The position numbers and the translations under genes are program-made. The notes beneath the pieces are model-generated. The model saw only the letters and a list, made by a program, of their open reading frames with translations. It was not told where the DNA came from and made no database searches. From Felis catus (taxonomy: Eukaryota), in NCBI RefSeq assembly GCF_018350175.1, contig NC_058373.1:5332001-5396000 (forward strand): 64,000 nucleotides of DNA. Reading direction: 5' to 3'. This document shows, piece by piece, positions 1 to 14,158 of this stretch. Each line of letters starts with the position of its first letter. Positions within the stretch are counted from its first letter, which is position 1.

Positions 1-115
1 TGAATTATTCTATCTCGCTGAAGAATAAGGTGGTTCTTAATACAGTGAGCAGCGTTTGCTGTTTACGTAAGAAAGGTGCAAATAGTCTGAAAAGCAGTAT
101 TTTCTTTCCAACTAG

Positions 116-265
<150 letters not shown>

Positions 266-301
266 TAAGTTGCTGGAAGTCATGAATTTAAAAACCCTGG
301 G

Positions 302-470
302 TCATTGGTTCCCACAGTGCCGCACATGAGAATCACGTACCGAGCTTTAAAATCCTGGTGCACAGATTGCACTCGATGTCAATTAGATCAGAATTTGGGG
401 GGCTGGGAACCTTTATGTTTTTAAAAATCCCCAAGTGATTCCAGCGCTCAGCACAATTTGGGAACCAAGG
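302..470. mobile_element. MER5-like hAT MITE
   Basis: Imperfect TIRs (ttggttccca...tgggaaccaa) and gaatcac/gtgattc internal symmetry. Confidence 0.55.
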
Positions 471-2239
471 CCCTCGGGCTTTTCTTTACTTACTGAAATT
501 AAAACTATCCTAAATACCTATTTTGGAAATAGGGACAAAGTATGTACTGTACCTGTTAATAATTTATGGGATCTGTTATCGTCCTGGTAGCGAATTATCT
601 TTGATTTATCTAATTTCGGCTCCTGCGTATTCTAGAGTATACATCAGGAAATAATCGGATGACCCTGCTTTGTCATTTTCCTGAAGTCCCAGGATGTTGA
701 AAACAGTCCAGAAACTGTGTATTTGACAACGTTTATACTTTGTTTTCATCTCAACAGCAAAGTGCTTCTTTTAGCCACCAAATCCATAATCACTGGTAAT
801 GGAAACCACTGTAAACATTATCTCCACATATATAGGTTGTACTGGATCGTCTCGTACCTCTGTGTGAGTTTGTGGACAGGTGCATTCTCTGATAGGCTCA
901 TTCACTCAGCAAGTATTTACTTAACAGCTGTTGTGTGCCAAGGTTAAAATATTTTTCCCTTCTAGCTTACTGGTGGGTGCTTTGAGTTTGAAGAATGCAT
1001 GAAGGAATGACTAGTATATTGGGGTGAATATTTAAAAGCACCTCTTTTGTTCCTTTGGAAATAAAGACAGTAAGCTGGCTCTGTCAACACTGTCATCAGT
1101 AAAAGCAGCATTTCTCAGCAGGTTATGAGAAGAACCGAAAGGCCATGTGGAGGGTGTGAGGGGTCAGGAGAGGAAGAGAGCTGTAAGGACCTTTGCAGAT
1201 TAAACTGGCATTCTTGAGCACACAGATCTTAGAGTCCTCCAAATTTTGTGTGTGAAGTCACAAATTTGGAATGGAAGGTTTTCATTTAATCTCACTTGCG
1301 AGAAGGATGTTTGTGTAGAATTTGCGGGACGGGGAGATTTTGCTTCCGTAATTAATATGCATTACATTATTTTAGGTGTCATACTTCAGGTTCTAGTGAA
1401 TAACTTACATGCTAGAGATTTGCTTCTTTAAGTACTACATTTATCTGTGAAAGCTTTTTTTTTTTAATAGGCAAATGTTTTTAGCTTTTTTTCCATCAAT
1501 TTATACCAGATACAGCCTACCATTCTTCTAGGCTAGTAATATTAATTGCTAAATCCATGTAACTAACATTGTGTAAATTCAATTCACTTTTTGAGTAACT
1601 TTTTGTAAGTATAGAATTTGTCATTTTTGTTTGAATAAACATTGCACATATGTATTTAGAGACAGACACCTTTAATATCTTTTCCTAGTTTTGTGGGGAG
1701 ATCAGCCTAGAAAAGCAATAGATTGTACATTTCCTGAGTCTAGCATGTGGTGCCCTGTGCATAATTGGCACTCAGTAAGAATGAATAAATGGAACATATG
1801 GAGGAATTTTGGTAAATGTGGGTAAAATATGAAAATTTGGGCAAGTCTGTTGATTCCTTAATATATTTGGTACTTCTATATTTAGGAGGGTTTAAATCTC
1901 TTAGTGGAAGTAAAAGATTTTTAACAAACACTTTCTGGTACATTTTTTCCTGATCTTTTTTGCCAGTAGGCCCCTTGTTTGGATTAAATTTACCCAACTG
2001 CTGCTGCGTCACGGCCCTGCTGAAGGCAGGTGTCCCCAGAGGTGGGGTCATGGCCCCCATGCTCTTCTCCTACTGCTAGTCTGTGGTAATCTTCTTCCTC
2101 TTTGGGAAATACAAGCGTGGATAATAAAATAGACTTTATTCCTTTTCCTTAGGACCTTAAAATGTAAACTGAGAAAGAGAAGAGAGACAGCCATGTATGG
2201 ACAGTAGATACAACAATAATATTAGAATACAACAATAAT

Positions 2240-2480
2240 AACAGCTAATAGTCACATATGTAGCCTATACAATGTGCCAGTTACTGTTCTTGACATTTTA
2301 TGTGTATTGATTCATTTACCCACACAAAAGGCCTTTGAGGTAAGTTCTCCTGTTTTCCTCACTTTGTGGATGAGGAAACTGAGGCACATGGAAATTAAAT
2401 AATTTAAACAAGGTCATATGCCTCACAACTGTGGGAGTGAAGAGACTTCAACCCAAACAATCTGGTTTTAGAGCCCTTGA
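2240..2480 (-). mobile_element. MIR SINE remnant
   Basis: MIR core gatgaggaaactgaggcac...aaggtcata. Confidence 0.6.
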
Positions 2481-2664
2481 AATACTTTCTAATAAATTGC
2501 AGAGTGAAGTAAGTGGTAATTAGAGATGTAAATTATGACTGCAGGAACTCAGGAAGGCAAGATTGATGATAACCCAGAATAACAACTCCTTGTTAATGAG
2601 GCGGGGGTCAGATAGGGTTTCATATAAAGGAGGAGGGCTTTGTAGGATGAGTAGTCTTTTTTGT

Positions 2665-3420
2665 AAGCAGCTGTAGTGAGATATAGTTTACATACCTTGA
2701 AATTCACCTATTTAAAGCAAGCAATTCTATGATTTTTTTTAGTTTACACACAGGGTTGTGCATCCCGACCGCTATCTAATTTTAGAACGTTTTTGTCTCC
2801 CTTGAAAGAAACTCCATACCCATCAGCAGTCAGTTCCCACTTTCTCCCATCTCCCCAGCCCTAGACAACCACTAATCTGCTTTGTGTATTTATAGGTTTT
2901 TGCCTCTGCTGGACATTTCATATACATAGAATTTTACAAAACATGGCCTCTTGTGACTGGCCTCTTTCATTAAGTGTAATGTTTTCAAGGTCCATCCATG
3001 TTGTAGCGTATATCAGTACTTCATTCTTCTTTATTGACAAAAAAATGTTCCAGCGTATGGGTACTCTACATCTTACGTATTCATTTATCACGTGATGGAT
3101 ATTTGGGCTGTTTCCACGTCTTGGCTGTTAGGAAAACTGTTACGAGCGTCTGTGTCTGAGCTGTTGTGTGGACACGCGCTTCCATTTCTCTTGGACGTAT
3201 ATCAAGCAGGGAATCGTTGGGTCACATGGTAACTCTTTTGTTTTACTTTTTGAAGAGCTGCCAGATCGTTTTCCAAAGCGGCTGCACCACGTTACATTAA
3301 CTTCAGTGTGTGTGTGGGGGGGGGGGGTGCAGTTTCCCCCCACCTTCCCCTTCCCCATCCATGTCACCATGTGTCTTTTCAATGATACCCATCCTACTGG
3401 GTGTGAAGTGGTGACATTTT
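2665..3420 (-). mobile_element. Old L1 3' end / ORF2 C-terminal fragment
   Basis: Minus-strand ORF2-like KTKELPCDPTIPCLIY and typical 3'UTR text. Confidence 0.7.
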
Positions 3421-5445
3421 AACAGGTGGAGAGTGAGAATTCAGGGCTGAAGTTCCTGGCATCAGAGTCCAGATCAGATCCAGGGAGCGGTGAATCATCT
3501 GTAGGATAAGTGGAGCAACCCAGAGAAGGGCCAACCCCGGGAAGGAGGCTTGATCCCGTATCGTGGGGGGGCCTTGGCGTTTTGTGATGCCGAAGCGTGT
3601 GGACTTTATCCTGTGGACAGCTCGACCTGGGAAGTGGTGACCTGAATCTGATGGTAGAACGATGACCCTGGCAGTGGAACAGATGATGGAACAGAGGAAC
3701 AAGAGATCAGAGGCAGGACGGCCCGTAGGAACCCCACCGTAGCGTTCTAGGAGAGAGGGGACGGTGGTGGAAACAGGGGAAGAGGACGGAGGGGACAGGG
3801 TCAAGGGAAAGCACAGTTGCATCCGTAAGACTGGCAACCAGTGGCGTAAGAAAGGTGAACAGTGGAAATTTATGTTAGTTTCTGGTACCATTGACCACGG
3901 ACATGCAGGAGAGGGGGTGGAGGGATGGGATGGGTGGTGAATGTGATTTTTAGATCTGTGGTGTGGGGGGTGTTCAAGGGGTAGTAGAGACGGCCACGTC
4001 CTCAGTCTTCATACTTTCTCTGGTCATAATGTGCTTCCTGAAAGAATTGGAAAACTGTACCCCTTGTATATTTCTAACCAGACACCAAAAATGTTTCAAC
4101 ACGAGTTTTAAATAAAGAGAATGAGGTCTATCGTAAATAACATTTTTCAATAAAATTGTTACCTAGCCATTTTAAATGTATCCAGTAGAATATAAATATA
4201 ATAGCAATTTTATACCTACTTTCACTCACAAAACACATTAAAATGTTTAATTTTACACGTCTTTAAAAATATCTTTAACAGATAATTTTACATCTTTCCT
4301 CTTCCTCTTTGAATTCATATTTCTCTTCAGTTTTCCTCACAGATTTTTATCCTAAGGTGATATATTTTTCTGCATGAAGTCTTGTTTATCATACCTATAA
4401 GAAAAATATGTATACAAATATATGCATATAAATGAAAAGTTGCTTTTAAATTTCCCATACTAAAATTTTCTTCCAGATTGAATTATTATAATGATTAGTT
4501 ATATATAACTGATCAGAATAGACATTTTTTCAATTAGCTGATACATCTGTGGATGAATCGACTCCGTCCATATTTCTTGTTTTCGTAGATGTAAGCAGTG
4601 AGAACTGTTACTCACGTAAACTTGTAGATGGGAATGGAAAGCATTTTATTTTAGCAGCGACACTCAATTATTTGAGTTTTTTCTGACGTATATGCCAAAA
4701 TTACATAATGATCTGTCATCAAAAATTATTTTTTATGATCTGTCAGCTGACAACTCAACTAGGTCCTTTAAATTTTGTGAGAAGCAAAGACCTGTAAACT
4801 CTCTGACTGGCAAAATAAGTCAGATCATTACTCACTTTACTTTTTCTGGGAAACATACTATAAAAAAGTTTTACCAAGATTTATCTAATGACCATTGCAT
4901 GTTGTTGTTCCTCCTTCACTTAAATGAGTCTTGTATCCAATATATTCGGAAGAGTTGGGGAAGTCAAAACGCTGTTAGTTTCAGTAGGCCTTTTCTAATA
5001 CATTTTGACGTGTGTTTTTATTGTATGATACATTTTTAAATAACAGCCTTGTGAGAACTTTGTGGCTGCCAGTTAGCTCTTTCAGATACCGGGACATGAC
5101 CCTGGAACGTAATTGGCCAAGCCAGTGTTCATTGCCAAACCAATCACCTGCATTAAAGTTATTTCCATTTATTTAAAGGGAAGAGTCTGTCTTTGTTTCT
5201 CAGTTCACATGAACTATTTAGTGCACATTCCCATGACAACTATCTCAGCTTCAAAAGCAACTAGAGCTTGAGCACAAATTGATTCCATTTCCCGACACAT
5301 CACTTAAAATGACAGGAGTTTGATACCCTGGACCTAATCATAGTTACCATGTTAATGTCAGTTGATATCAGTACTCCCTCAGTGAAGATACAATGGAATC
5401 TCAAGCTTTTTTTAAAAAAAGTAAAATCTTTATTGAGATACAGTC

Positions 5446-5548
5446 AGGGTGCCTGGCTGGCTCAGTTGGTGGAGTATGTGACCCTGTGTCCTCCAGGTCA
5501 TGAGTTTGAGCCCCACATTGAGCAGAGCCTACTTAGAAAATAAAAATA
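5446..5548 (+). mobile_element. Short old Can-SINE within an L1 3' fragment
   Basis: gggtgcctggctggctcagttggtggag head and A-rich tail. Confidence 0.7.
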
Positions 5549-6199
5549 GATAATTGACACATCATAAAATTCACCCATTTAAAGGCTAGAATTTGGTAGG
5601 GTTTTGGTATTTTCACAGAGGTGTGCAACCACCCCCCATATCTAAGTGTAGAACATTTCTGTCACCCCAAAAAAGGAAGCTAGTGCTCATCAGCAGTCAC
5701 TTCCCATTCTTCCCATCTCGCGTGTCCATCATCTCCCCCCGAGCGGTGTTTTCAAGGCTCATCCATGTTGCCACGTATATCAGGACTTCGTTCCTTTTTA
5801 TGGCTGAATGATCTGTCGTGTGGGCATTCCACATTCACTTACGTATTCTTTAGTTGATGGGAATGGTCTCTAACTGAATATTTGGAAATTCCAAACATCC
5901 CATTTTCCAACAGGCCAATAAGACAAACTCGAGGAGAGTGTTAACATTTTCATCAGAGCACATGGTGCACCTGCTGCATTTAGTCAAGTGGCCCATGTGC
6001 TGGACTTGGGCAGTCCTTTTGCAGTAGAGATTCTTGTTTTGGTTTTGAGTTTGAGGTCTGCAACTTTATTTCCTCATCTCATGTCACTTTATTACTTTTA
6101 GTAATTTGACTAAGTTAATTAGTTAACCATTTCTAAGTTTTTTTCAATTATGTCACAGGTTTTTAAACTTTTTCAGATTACGTGCCAGTTTCTGATCAC

Positions 6200-6745
6200 T
6201 GCTTTATTGAGAGGTAGTCCATGTATCATACAACTCTCCCATTTAAAGTGCACAATTGAGTGGTTTTTAGTATACTCAGAGTTGTGCAGCCATGACCACA
6301 ATCAATTTTAGAACGTTTTCATCACCCTGCACAAAAACCCACGTCCATTAGTACTCACCCGTCTCCCCCTCACAGCCCCCTCAGCCCATGGCAACCACTA
6401 ACCCACCTTCTGTTTATAGACTTGTCTATTTGGGGATATCTCCTATAAATGGGATCATGTGATCTGTGGTCTTTTGCGAGTGGTTTCTTTTACTTAGCAC
6501 AATGTTTTCAGAGTTTATTGTTGAGTAATACTGTTTTTTGTCTGGGTACGGCACATTTTCTTCATCTGTTGGTGAATACTGGTGGTGTTTCCATTTGGGG
6601 CTATTACAGATCGCTCTGTTCACATACAGGTTTTTGTGTGGCCCTGTTTTCATTTCTCTTGGGTCTGTACCCAGGAGTGGAATTGCCCAGTTGTACGGTA
6701 TCCCTGATTTTCACCTTTTGAAGAACTGCCAGACTTTTCCAAACA
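6200..6745 (-). mobile_element. Old L1 3' fragment
   Basis: L1M 3'UTR motifs (ttgtgcagccatgaccacaatcaattttagaac...). Confidence 0.65.
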
Positions 6746-8233
6746 TCCCCACCGGCAGCATAAGTTGTCTCTTTTTTGACCCCGAGCTCCTTTTTTTTTT
6801 TTTAAATACATAACCATTGTTGTGCAGTTACAGGTTACAGTGTAGGTAACAAGACACTTCCTGACGGTAGTCATGATGTCAGCGTCATGCTGGTGGGGGG
6901 GCTCCTGCACCATTCCCAGCCTGCGCCCAGAGTAACTCAAATAAGTTTTAACATTATCTACATCATGGGTACTCCCGGGCCGTTCTTTTTATGCCATCAT
7001 TTTATCAGGACTGTGGTTTCCTTTGCTGTGGCAGTGATTATAAATAATTGACTGAGAACGATCAAAACAGTCCATGGATGAGGCAGTCTTTTGCCTCCTG
7101 CCTCCACCCCGCCCCCGCTGTGATCCACTACCCACCCGTTCTTTGGCCATTTCAAGCACTAGAAGGGAGGACTCCGTGCTCTGTGCACGTGAACAGCCTA
7201 AGAGGCAGGTTCAAAGTGCCGGTTAGCAGCAGTCTTGCAAGGCTCCCAGAGTGCTGCATCCTGTGACAGCAGCCAAGGGCGCTACGCTTTACTCCCAACA
7301 CAAATATGGAAAGCCCTCACAAGACATGAAGCCCTACCAAGGGTTTCTGGTACTTTGATTAAAGAAAATTTCACCTACACACCCGCACTACATTCAGTTT
7401 GCTCCGTGTGGTGTCCTGGAGGTTTTTACCGCCAGACCAGTGCACGGCCGTGAAGTTCAGGACAGGTGAAGAGCAGGGTTGGTTGGTTGGTCGGTTTTTA
7501 CAAAGTGAGAGGACGGCCGCGTAAAGGGGGCAGGCGGGGCCGGGGTAACGCGCAGGGTGTCTCGGCCACAGGAGTGTCCTCAGATCAGTCTTCTCGGGAG
7601 ACAGTCCACGTGCAAATGGAGGACCCGCAAACTGACTCGCTTGCGGTTGTTGTCTTTCCTGATGTACCTTTAGAAGATCTTTGTGAAGTTGGGGTACGCG
7701 TACCCCTGTTTCAGACCACTGGTTGAGAAAGAAGTTGGACGGCGGTTTAGAAGTGTGAGGAGGAGCCTGAGTCGGGGCGGGTAGGGCCGACGCTCAGTGC
7801 TGCTTAAATAAAGAAGGCGATGCGGGGAGGAGGGAAGAGGCCCCCACTGCAGGAGCAAGCGTAGGAAGCAGAGAAGGAGACAGAGAAACTCGAGGGCTCA
7901 GCGGGGAGGGAGCAAGCCCGTGGACCTGAAACGGTCGGTGCCAGTGGAGGCTTTCAGGGACGATGCCGACGACACGGAGTGACAGAGGGGCCGGAGAGTG
8001 AGGTCTGAAGGAGACCAGCGCACCCCCTGCAGGCAGCCCCACTGCTCCCTGGCCGTCTTACCTGCAGGGCGGTCCCGTGAGGAACGCGGCTGCCCCCCCA
8101 CATGGAAGTCATTCGTTCGTCCGTCCTAAAACCAAAGAAGTTGATCCTTTGGAGCCTGGGTTAGTGGGGGAGTCCCTGCAGGGCCCGGGACCCCATAACA
8201 ATCCCCTCACCTTTCTTTAGTTTTAAAAGTTTA

Positions 8234-8457
8234 GGGGCCCCTGGGTGGCTTGGTTGGTTGGGCGTCCGACTTCAGCTCAGGTCATGATCTCAGGGTCCGT
8301 GAGTTCGAGCCCCGCGTCGGGCTGTGTGCTGACAGCTCGGAGCCTGGAGCCTGTTTCGGATTCTGTGTCTCCCTCTCTCTGCTCCTCCCCAGTTCATGCT
8401 CTGTCTCTCTCTGTCTCAAAAATAAATAAAAGTTAAAAAAAATAAATAAATAAAAAA
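8234..8457 (+). mobile_element. Can-SINE (SINEC_Fc-like)
   Basis: tRNA-like head, CT-rich region, A-tail. Confidence 0.9.
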
Positions 8458-8473
8458 TAAAAGCTTACATACG

Positions 8474-8679
8474 GGGGGTGCCTGGGTGGCTCAGTCGGTT
8501 AAGCGTCTGACTTCAGCTCAGGTCATGATCTCACGGTTTGTGGGTTCAAGCCCCGCGTCGGGCTCTGTGCTGACAGCTCAGAGCCTGGAGCTGCTTCGGG
8601 TTCTGTGTCTCCCTCTTTCTGCCCTTCCCCCACTCTCACTTTGTGTCACTCTGTCTCTCAAAAATAAAAAAATAAAATT
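8474..8679 (+). mobile_element. Can-SINE (SINEC_Fc-like), tandem to the previous copy
   Basis: Full head to tail structure. Confidence 0.9.
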
Positions 8680-9491
8680 TAAAAGCTTAGATAAAGCAAT
8701 CTTAGTAGCATGGTAATGGCAAAAGCCAGAATGGAGGTGACGGGAATTGAAATTGGATGTGTGGTCAATTGGTTGGGGGCGTGAGTGTCTTCTGAGAAAT
8801 TTGCCACTGGCGGGCAAGGCAGAGGTGAGGTGCCACCCGCAGGGGAGCGCAGGGACAAGAGAAGCTTCTGCCGTTGGGGGTATTGGTGGCCCTAGAACAT
8901 ACTCAGAGACAAAGGGGAAGAATTGGCAGAAGGGCCTGAAATACAAGAGCAGAGAGAATGGAGAAAAGCCCCCTGAGGAAGCAGGAGGGAGGAGGCAGGT
9001 GAGCCAGCAGAGAAAGGGGGCACATGTGTGTCAGAATCAGCCCATGCCCTTTGGGGCGCAGAGCACAGGGCAGCAATCCGTGATCCGGAGGGCTTTGGCT
9101 CCCGCTGCTGCCCTGCAATCAGCTCTTTATGTCCACCATCAAATTTTGGGAACATTGGCGGCCTAAAGTGTGTGTTTTCTCTGTGATTTTTCAGTTTTAT
9201 CCACCTCTGCTTGTAATTGACCTCGTCTTAGGGACCGGGCTCCTGACTCACCTGTCCTCTCTACGTGTTATCTTCCACAGCCCTCCTGATTCCTTGTCAT
9301 CTCGTCCCACAGACATTTGTTCCCTATCACCGTTCCCTCCGCAAACACTTAACCTGACTTCCCCTTGAGCGTCGTGTGACGCAAGCTGCCAGGGACCGTC
9401 ATCCGCTTCAGGTGGCTTGATCATTAGGTTCGCATTGTGGAAAATCAGTGTTTGATGTATAAGTGAGTAAAACTATATTTTCTCTTAATAA

Positions 9492-9635
<144 letters not shown>

Positions 9636-10970
9636 TGACGAATTATGTCTAGAAGTAATAAGTAAATATTGTGGTATTGGTACCACGATAGAATGTGTGT
9701 GTGCATGTTAAACATCACTTTTCCCATGACAGTAGCACTAACTAGCTATTTATAGAACAGCAAATCACAACTGCCTCACTGCTGGAAATTGTAAAATCCC
9801 ATTTGGTTTGATAACAATAAACCCTAAGAAGTATATGAGATGACCCCCCCACACACACACCCGTGCTATAGTTCGTGGTTTCGGCATCTCTCCTCTGGCC
9901 CCTGTCGGTACGGATTCTAGCAGTCTCTGTGTTAGGGGCTTCTCCCGAGGGTCTGCCTCGGAGTTCTGTTACCTAAGATGAGAGATTGCGAAACTCGTGG
10001 TAGTTTTCCACGTAACCCCCCTGCTCCTTTCCCAGAGAGAATTGTTCTTGGTGACCGCCTCTAGTTCGTGTTTTTAAAATTAGTGTATGTGTTTGTTTGA
10101 GCAAATCAGACCGTGCAGAGAGGTGGACCAAGAAGTCGTCTGTGATTTCCCTTCCAGACCCCCTTGTCCCGGGTGGCGAATATAGATAGCATGTTTTTGT
10201 CTGCACCTTTGGCTCTGCCACGGAGAGAGGGCTTTTTCTTTAACGCCTCTCATTTTGTGGTTTTCAAAACGACACATAGAATACGTGCTCCTTGAAGAAA
10301 CCAAGAAAGCAACAAAAAGAAAGAAGCAAAAGACAAGAGTCACCTCAAGACAAGTCGCCGGGACCATCCGGGGTTTACTTCCCTCCAGCAGTTGTTTGTG
10401 TGTGTTTCTTTCCATTAGCGTACTGTGTGTGCACTTTTTCTACCCTTAACCCGCTCTGTACCTTGAACATCGTCAGGGTTCTTCAGAAAGCTTAGAAACC
10501 ACTTAATAATTACGGTATAGTTTTTTTCATGATGTCCTTTCTTAATTAATCCCCTAATGGTGGCCATTGAAGTTTTTCTAATTTTCAAAAGTAGAAACAA
10601 AACTTTTGGCAGAAGCCGTGGTACCCCTTTCTTTCCTAGATGAGTTTCATAGAAGGAACGGGGTCAAAAGGCAGAAGCATTTCTAAGGCTGATGCACATT
10701 GCCTCACGCTTTCCACAATGTTCGTGGAAGGGTGCCTTCCCGCTGCATGGCCAGTGTGAAACAGAGCCCGGGCTTCCTCCAGGCCCACCTAAGGAGTCAT
10801 CTGGGGGCAGAACGGAAGGTCCCATCCTGTCTTCTCCAGTGCGTGTGAATTCGTCACTTGAATCACTCTACGTCTGTGACCACCCTCTACGCTAGCAATA
10901 CCCTGGAGGTCTGCTCGTGGTGCACATATTTCTATGAACACAATGAAAATTGTGTTGTTATTTACGATAA

Positions 10971-11189
<219 letters not shown>

Positions 11190-11264
11190 TGATCTTTTAT
11201 AGGACATGAGCAAACGTGCACACACAGGATGAAAATTGTTTTTACTTTAAAGACAGTAAACATC

Positions 11265-11495
11265 GGGGCGCCCGGGCAGCTCAGTTGGTTAAGCATCCAG
11301 CTCTTGATCTCAGCTCGGGTCATGATCTCATGGTTCGTGAGGTCGAGCCCCGCATCGGGCTCCTTGCTGACAGTGTGGAGCCTGTTTGGGATTCTCTGCC
11401 TGTCTCTCTCTCTGCCCCTCCCCCTGCTCATGCTCTCTTTCCCTCTCTCTTTCAAAATAAATAAACATAACTAAATAAAAAATAAATAAATACCA
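11265..11495 (+). mobile_element. Can-SINE
   Basis: ggggcgcccgggcagctcag head; taaacatc TSD. Confidence 0.9.
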
Positions 11496-11569
11496 TAAAC
11501 ATCAAAAGAAGACTGAAATTTAAAAACATCTTTTTGAGACTTCCAAAGTTGCTTTTTCTTAAATAAAAA

Positions 11570-12330
11570 AAATTTTTTTATTCAGCTATAATTCGCCCTT
11601 TCAGAGTTTACAAGTCAGTGGTTTTTAGTATATTCACAAGGTTATGCAACCACCACCACTGTCTAATTCCAGAGTGTTTCATCATCCCCAAAATAAACTC
11701 CATACCCATTAGCAGCCACTCCCCATTCCACCAACCCCCCAGCCCCTGGCAACCACTAACCTAACCACTGCTAGTCTGTCTCTATAGGTTTTCCTGTTCT
11801 GGACATTTCACGCGAGTGAAATCATACAGTATGTGTTCTTTTGTGACTGATTTATTTAGCATAGTGTTTTTAAGATTTATCCACATTGCAGCATGTATCC
11901 GTACGTTATTTCTTTTGTGGCCAGGTAGCTTCCATGGTAGGGATATAGCCCAGTTTGTCATCCATCCATCAGTTGGTAGACATTTGGTTGCACCCACTTT
12001 TTGGCTATTGGCACATAATGTAATGCTTCTGTGAACATCTGTGTACGTGTTTTTGTGTGAACACGTTTTCAGTTCTCTCGGGTGGGTACCTAGGAACGGA
12101 ATTGCTTAGTCATACGGTAACTCTACGTTTAGCTTTTTGAGGAACTACCAAACTGTTTCCAAAGCAGCTACAGAATTTTACACTTTGAGCAGCAACGTGT
12201 GAGGTTCCAGTGTCTCTGCCTTCTTATTATTACCCATTATTGTCTTTTTTACTGTATCCATCCTAGGGGATGTGAAGTGGCATCTCATTGTGATTTTAAT
12301 TTGCATTTCCATAATAACTAATGGTGTTGA
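11570..12330 (-). mobile_element. Old L1 (L1MB-like) 3' end
   Basis: ORF2 C-terminal remnants (EMQIKITMRCHFT) plus 3'UTR. Confidence 0.75.
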
Positions 12331-13936
12331 GATTTCTGAGATGACAGATTTGTCACCCAAGTGGATCAAGAGGAAGACAACTAAGAACACTCTAGGCATC
12401 TCCTATAGCAGCAGGTGCCAGCCTTGGATAGATCTTTCTCAGTAACATCGATGACTTTGAGGAAAACAACTAAATAACTTTTTTAGCCTATGAAGTTTTC
12501 AGGTCACAAAAAGGGAAATTACCCTGAAGATTTAGAGGAAAAACATCTCTCAAAAGTATTTTCTAACGGAAAACAGAAGAAATCTTAGAGTATATTAGCC
12601 TAGTGTCCTTGGAAAGATGTCAGAAGACTTGACTTATATGAACCAGAAGCACTCTACCATAGGAAGATTACAGGCTGAGATGAAGGCACAAATAAAAATG
12701 AAATTTATCCAGATAAGAAAATGCACGAAAGGCAAAACAAATAGAATTATGTATCGGGACACAAATGGTTCAGATCAGTGCAGACATTTGCATCAATGAG
12801 GTAGCGAATAACTTGAAAATGTGAAGGAAAGAAAACAGATGAAAATTAGGGGAAAAAAGGAAAATGGTATTTGTTGGTGTCAGGGCATCTGCCTAAGAAT
12901 AATCAGGGTGTCCAAGAAGGAAATCAGTATAGTTGGGATACAGATACAACAGGCAGATGTGTTCTAAATGAGTACATAAGAAATATTTAACAAATTTAAA
13001 AGCTTTATTTCCGTGTCACTGGGAGAAAAGGTAAATGTAGACATAGTTCACCGATTAACGAAGAGCTAAAAGAAATTACATTCACCAAGATAAAGAAATA
13101 AGATACTCTACAGAAACCAGACAGACCTGAGACTGTTTCACTAAATAACAGAAGCAGGACACGCGGTCTTCAGAATCAGAGAAGGGAAGCCTGGGACTGA
13201 AGAATTTCACAGCCAGCTCATTGTCACGTGTGTTGAACACAACTGAAGGGCACTTTCAGATTGTGAAGTCCAGAAAGTGGATCACTGCCTTATCGTCAGT
13301 GAAGTAATCACAGATGCCAGTCCTCCCTAACTTGTATATTTCACCAAAATTCCAGTGGGTTTTCTTTTTTTTTTTTTTTTAATTCCTTTGATAAACTTTT
13401 TCTAAAGTTTGCCTGGAACAATATCCCAGTTTAAATAACCGAAGGAATTTGGCAAGAAAAGGAAAACACGTGAACACTGGCTTTGCAGTACATCACAGAC
13501 ACATCAGTGACACAGAAATCCAGAATTCACCTGGAAAATGTGTAAAAATAGCGTGTGGCAAGGAAGGCACTGAAAAATTAAAAAAGGAGGGTGATCCAAC
13601 CAGAGGTACCACTTACCTGCTGGGAGGGATTGTTTTGGATCCTCCTATCAAAATCACAGGTAAGTAAAGCTATTGGTATTTTTAAACGTAGGAGCCCTGG
13701 CTGGAAGAGAACCTGAGCTTAAAAAGAGCTCAAAAGGAAGGAATTGATAGAAATGATTAAAAACCTAAATACCTAAACACTTGTGCATTGGTGAGCAAAA
13801 TTAAAGGCAACAGCAAACTGGGGAAATAATGTCTTCGGCAAATAAAACATCCCATAGAGCGTGTAAAACTTTGATAAAGACATGAATCTCAAATAGCAAA
13901 TTGCCCCACGCTATCAAGAGACATCGAAAAGGAGCT

Positions 13937-14158
13937 GAGGGTGCTTGGGTGGCTCAGTCCGGTAAGCATCCGACTCTTGACTTCGGCTCAAATCACGATC
14001 TCGTGATTCCCAGGTTCGAGCCCTGCATCCGGCTCTGTACTGACAGTGAGGAGCCTGCTTGGGATTCTCTCTCTCCTTCCTCTCTCTCTGCCCCTCCCTC
14101 ACTCACACACGCACTCTCTCAATAAATAAATAAACTTAAGTTTTTTTAATAAAAAATG
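13937..14158 (+). mobile_element. Can-SINE
   Basis: Head, CT tract, A-tail; aaaaggagc TSD. Confidence 0.85.

Larger units (their letters stand above)
4030..7722 (-). mobile_element. Fossil hAT-Charlie (Buster-type) DNA transposon, interrupted by L1 and SINE insertions
   Basis: Minus-strand remnants: ~5370-5190 INMVTMIRSRVSNSCHFK...LR*LSWECALNSSCELRNK (resembles VRWLSRGKVL.RLFELR); ~4770-4575 LVELSADRS*KIIFDDRSLCN/FWHI..LSVAAK...PFPSTSLRE*QFSLLTSTKTRN (hATC dimerisation motif). CAGTGG-type terminus near 7720. Outer limits approximate. Confidence 0.65.
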
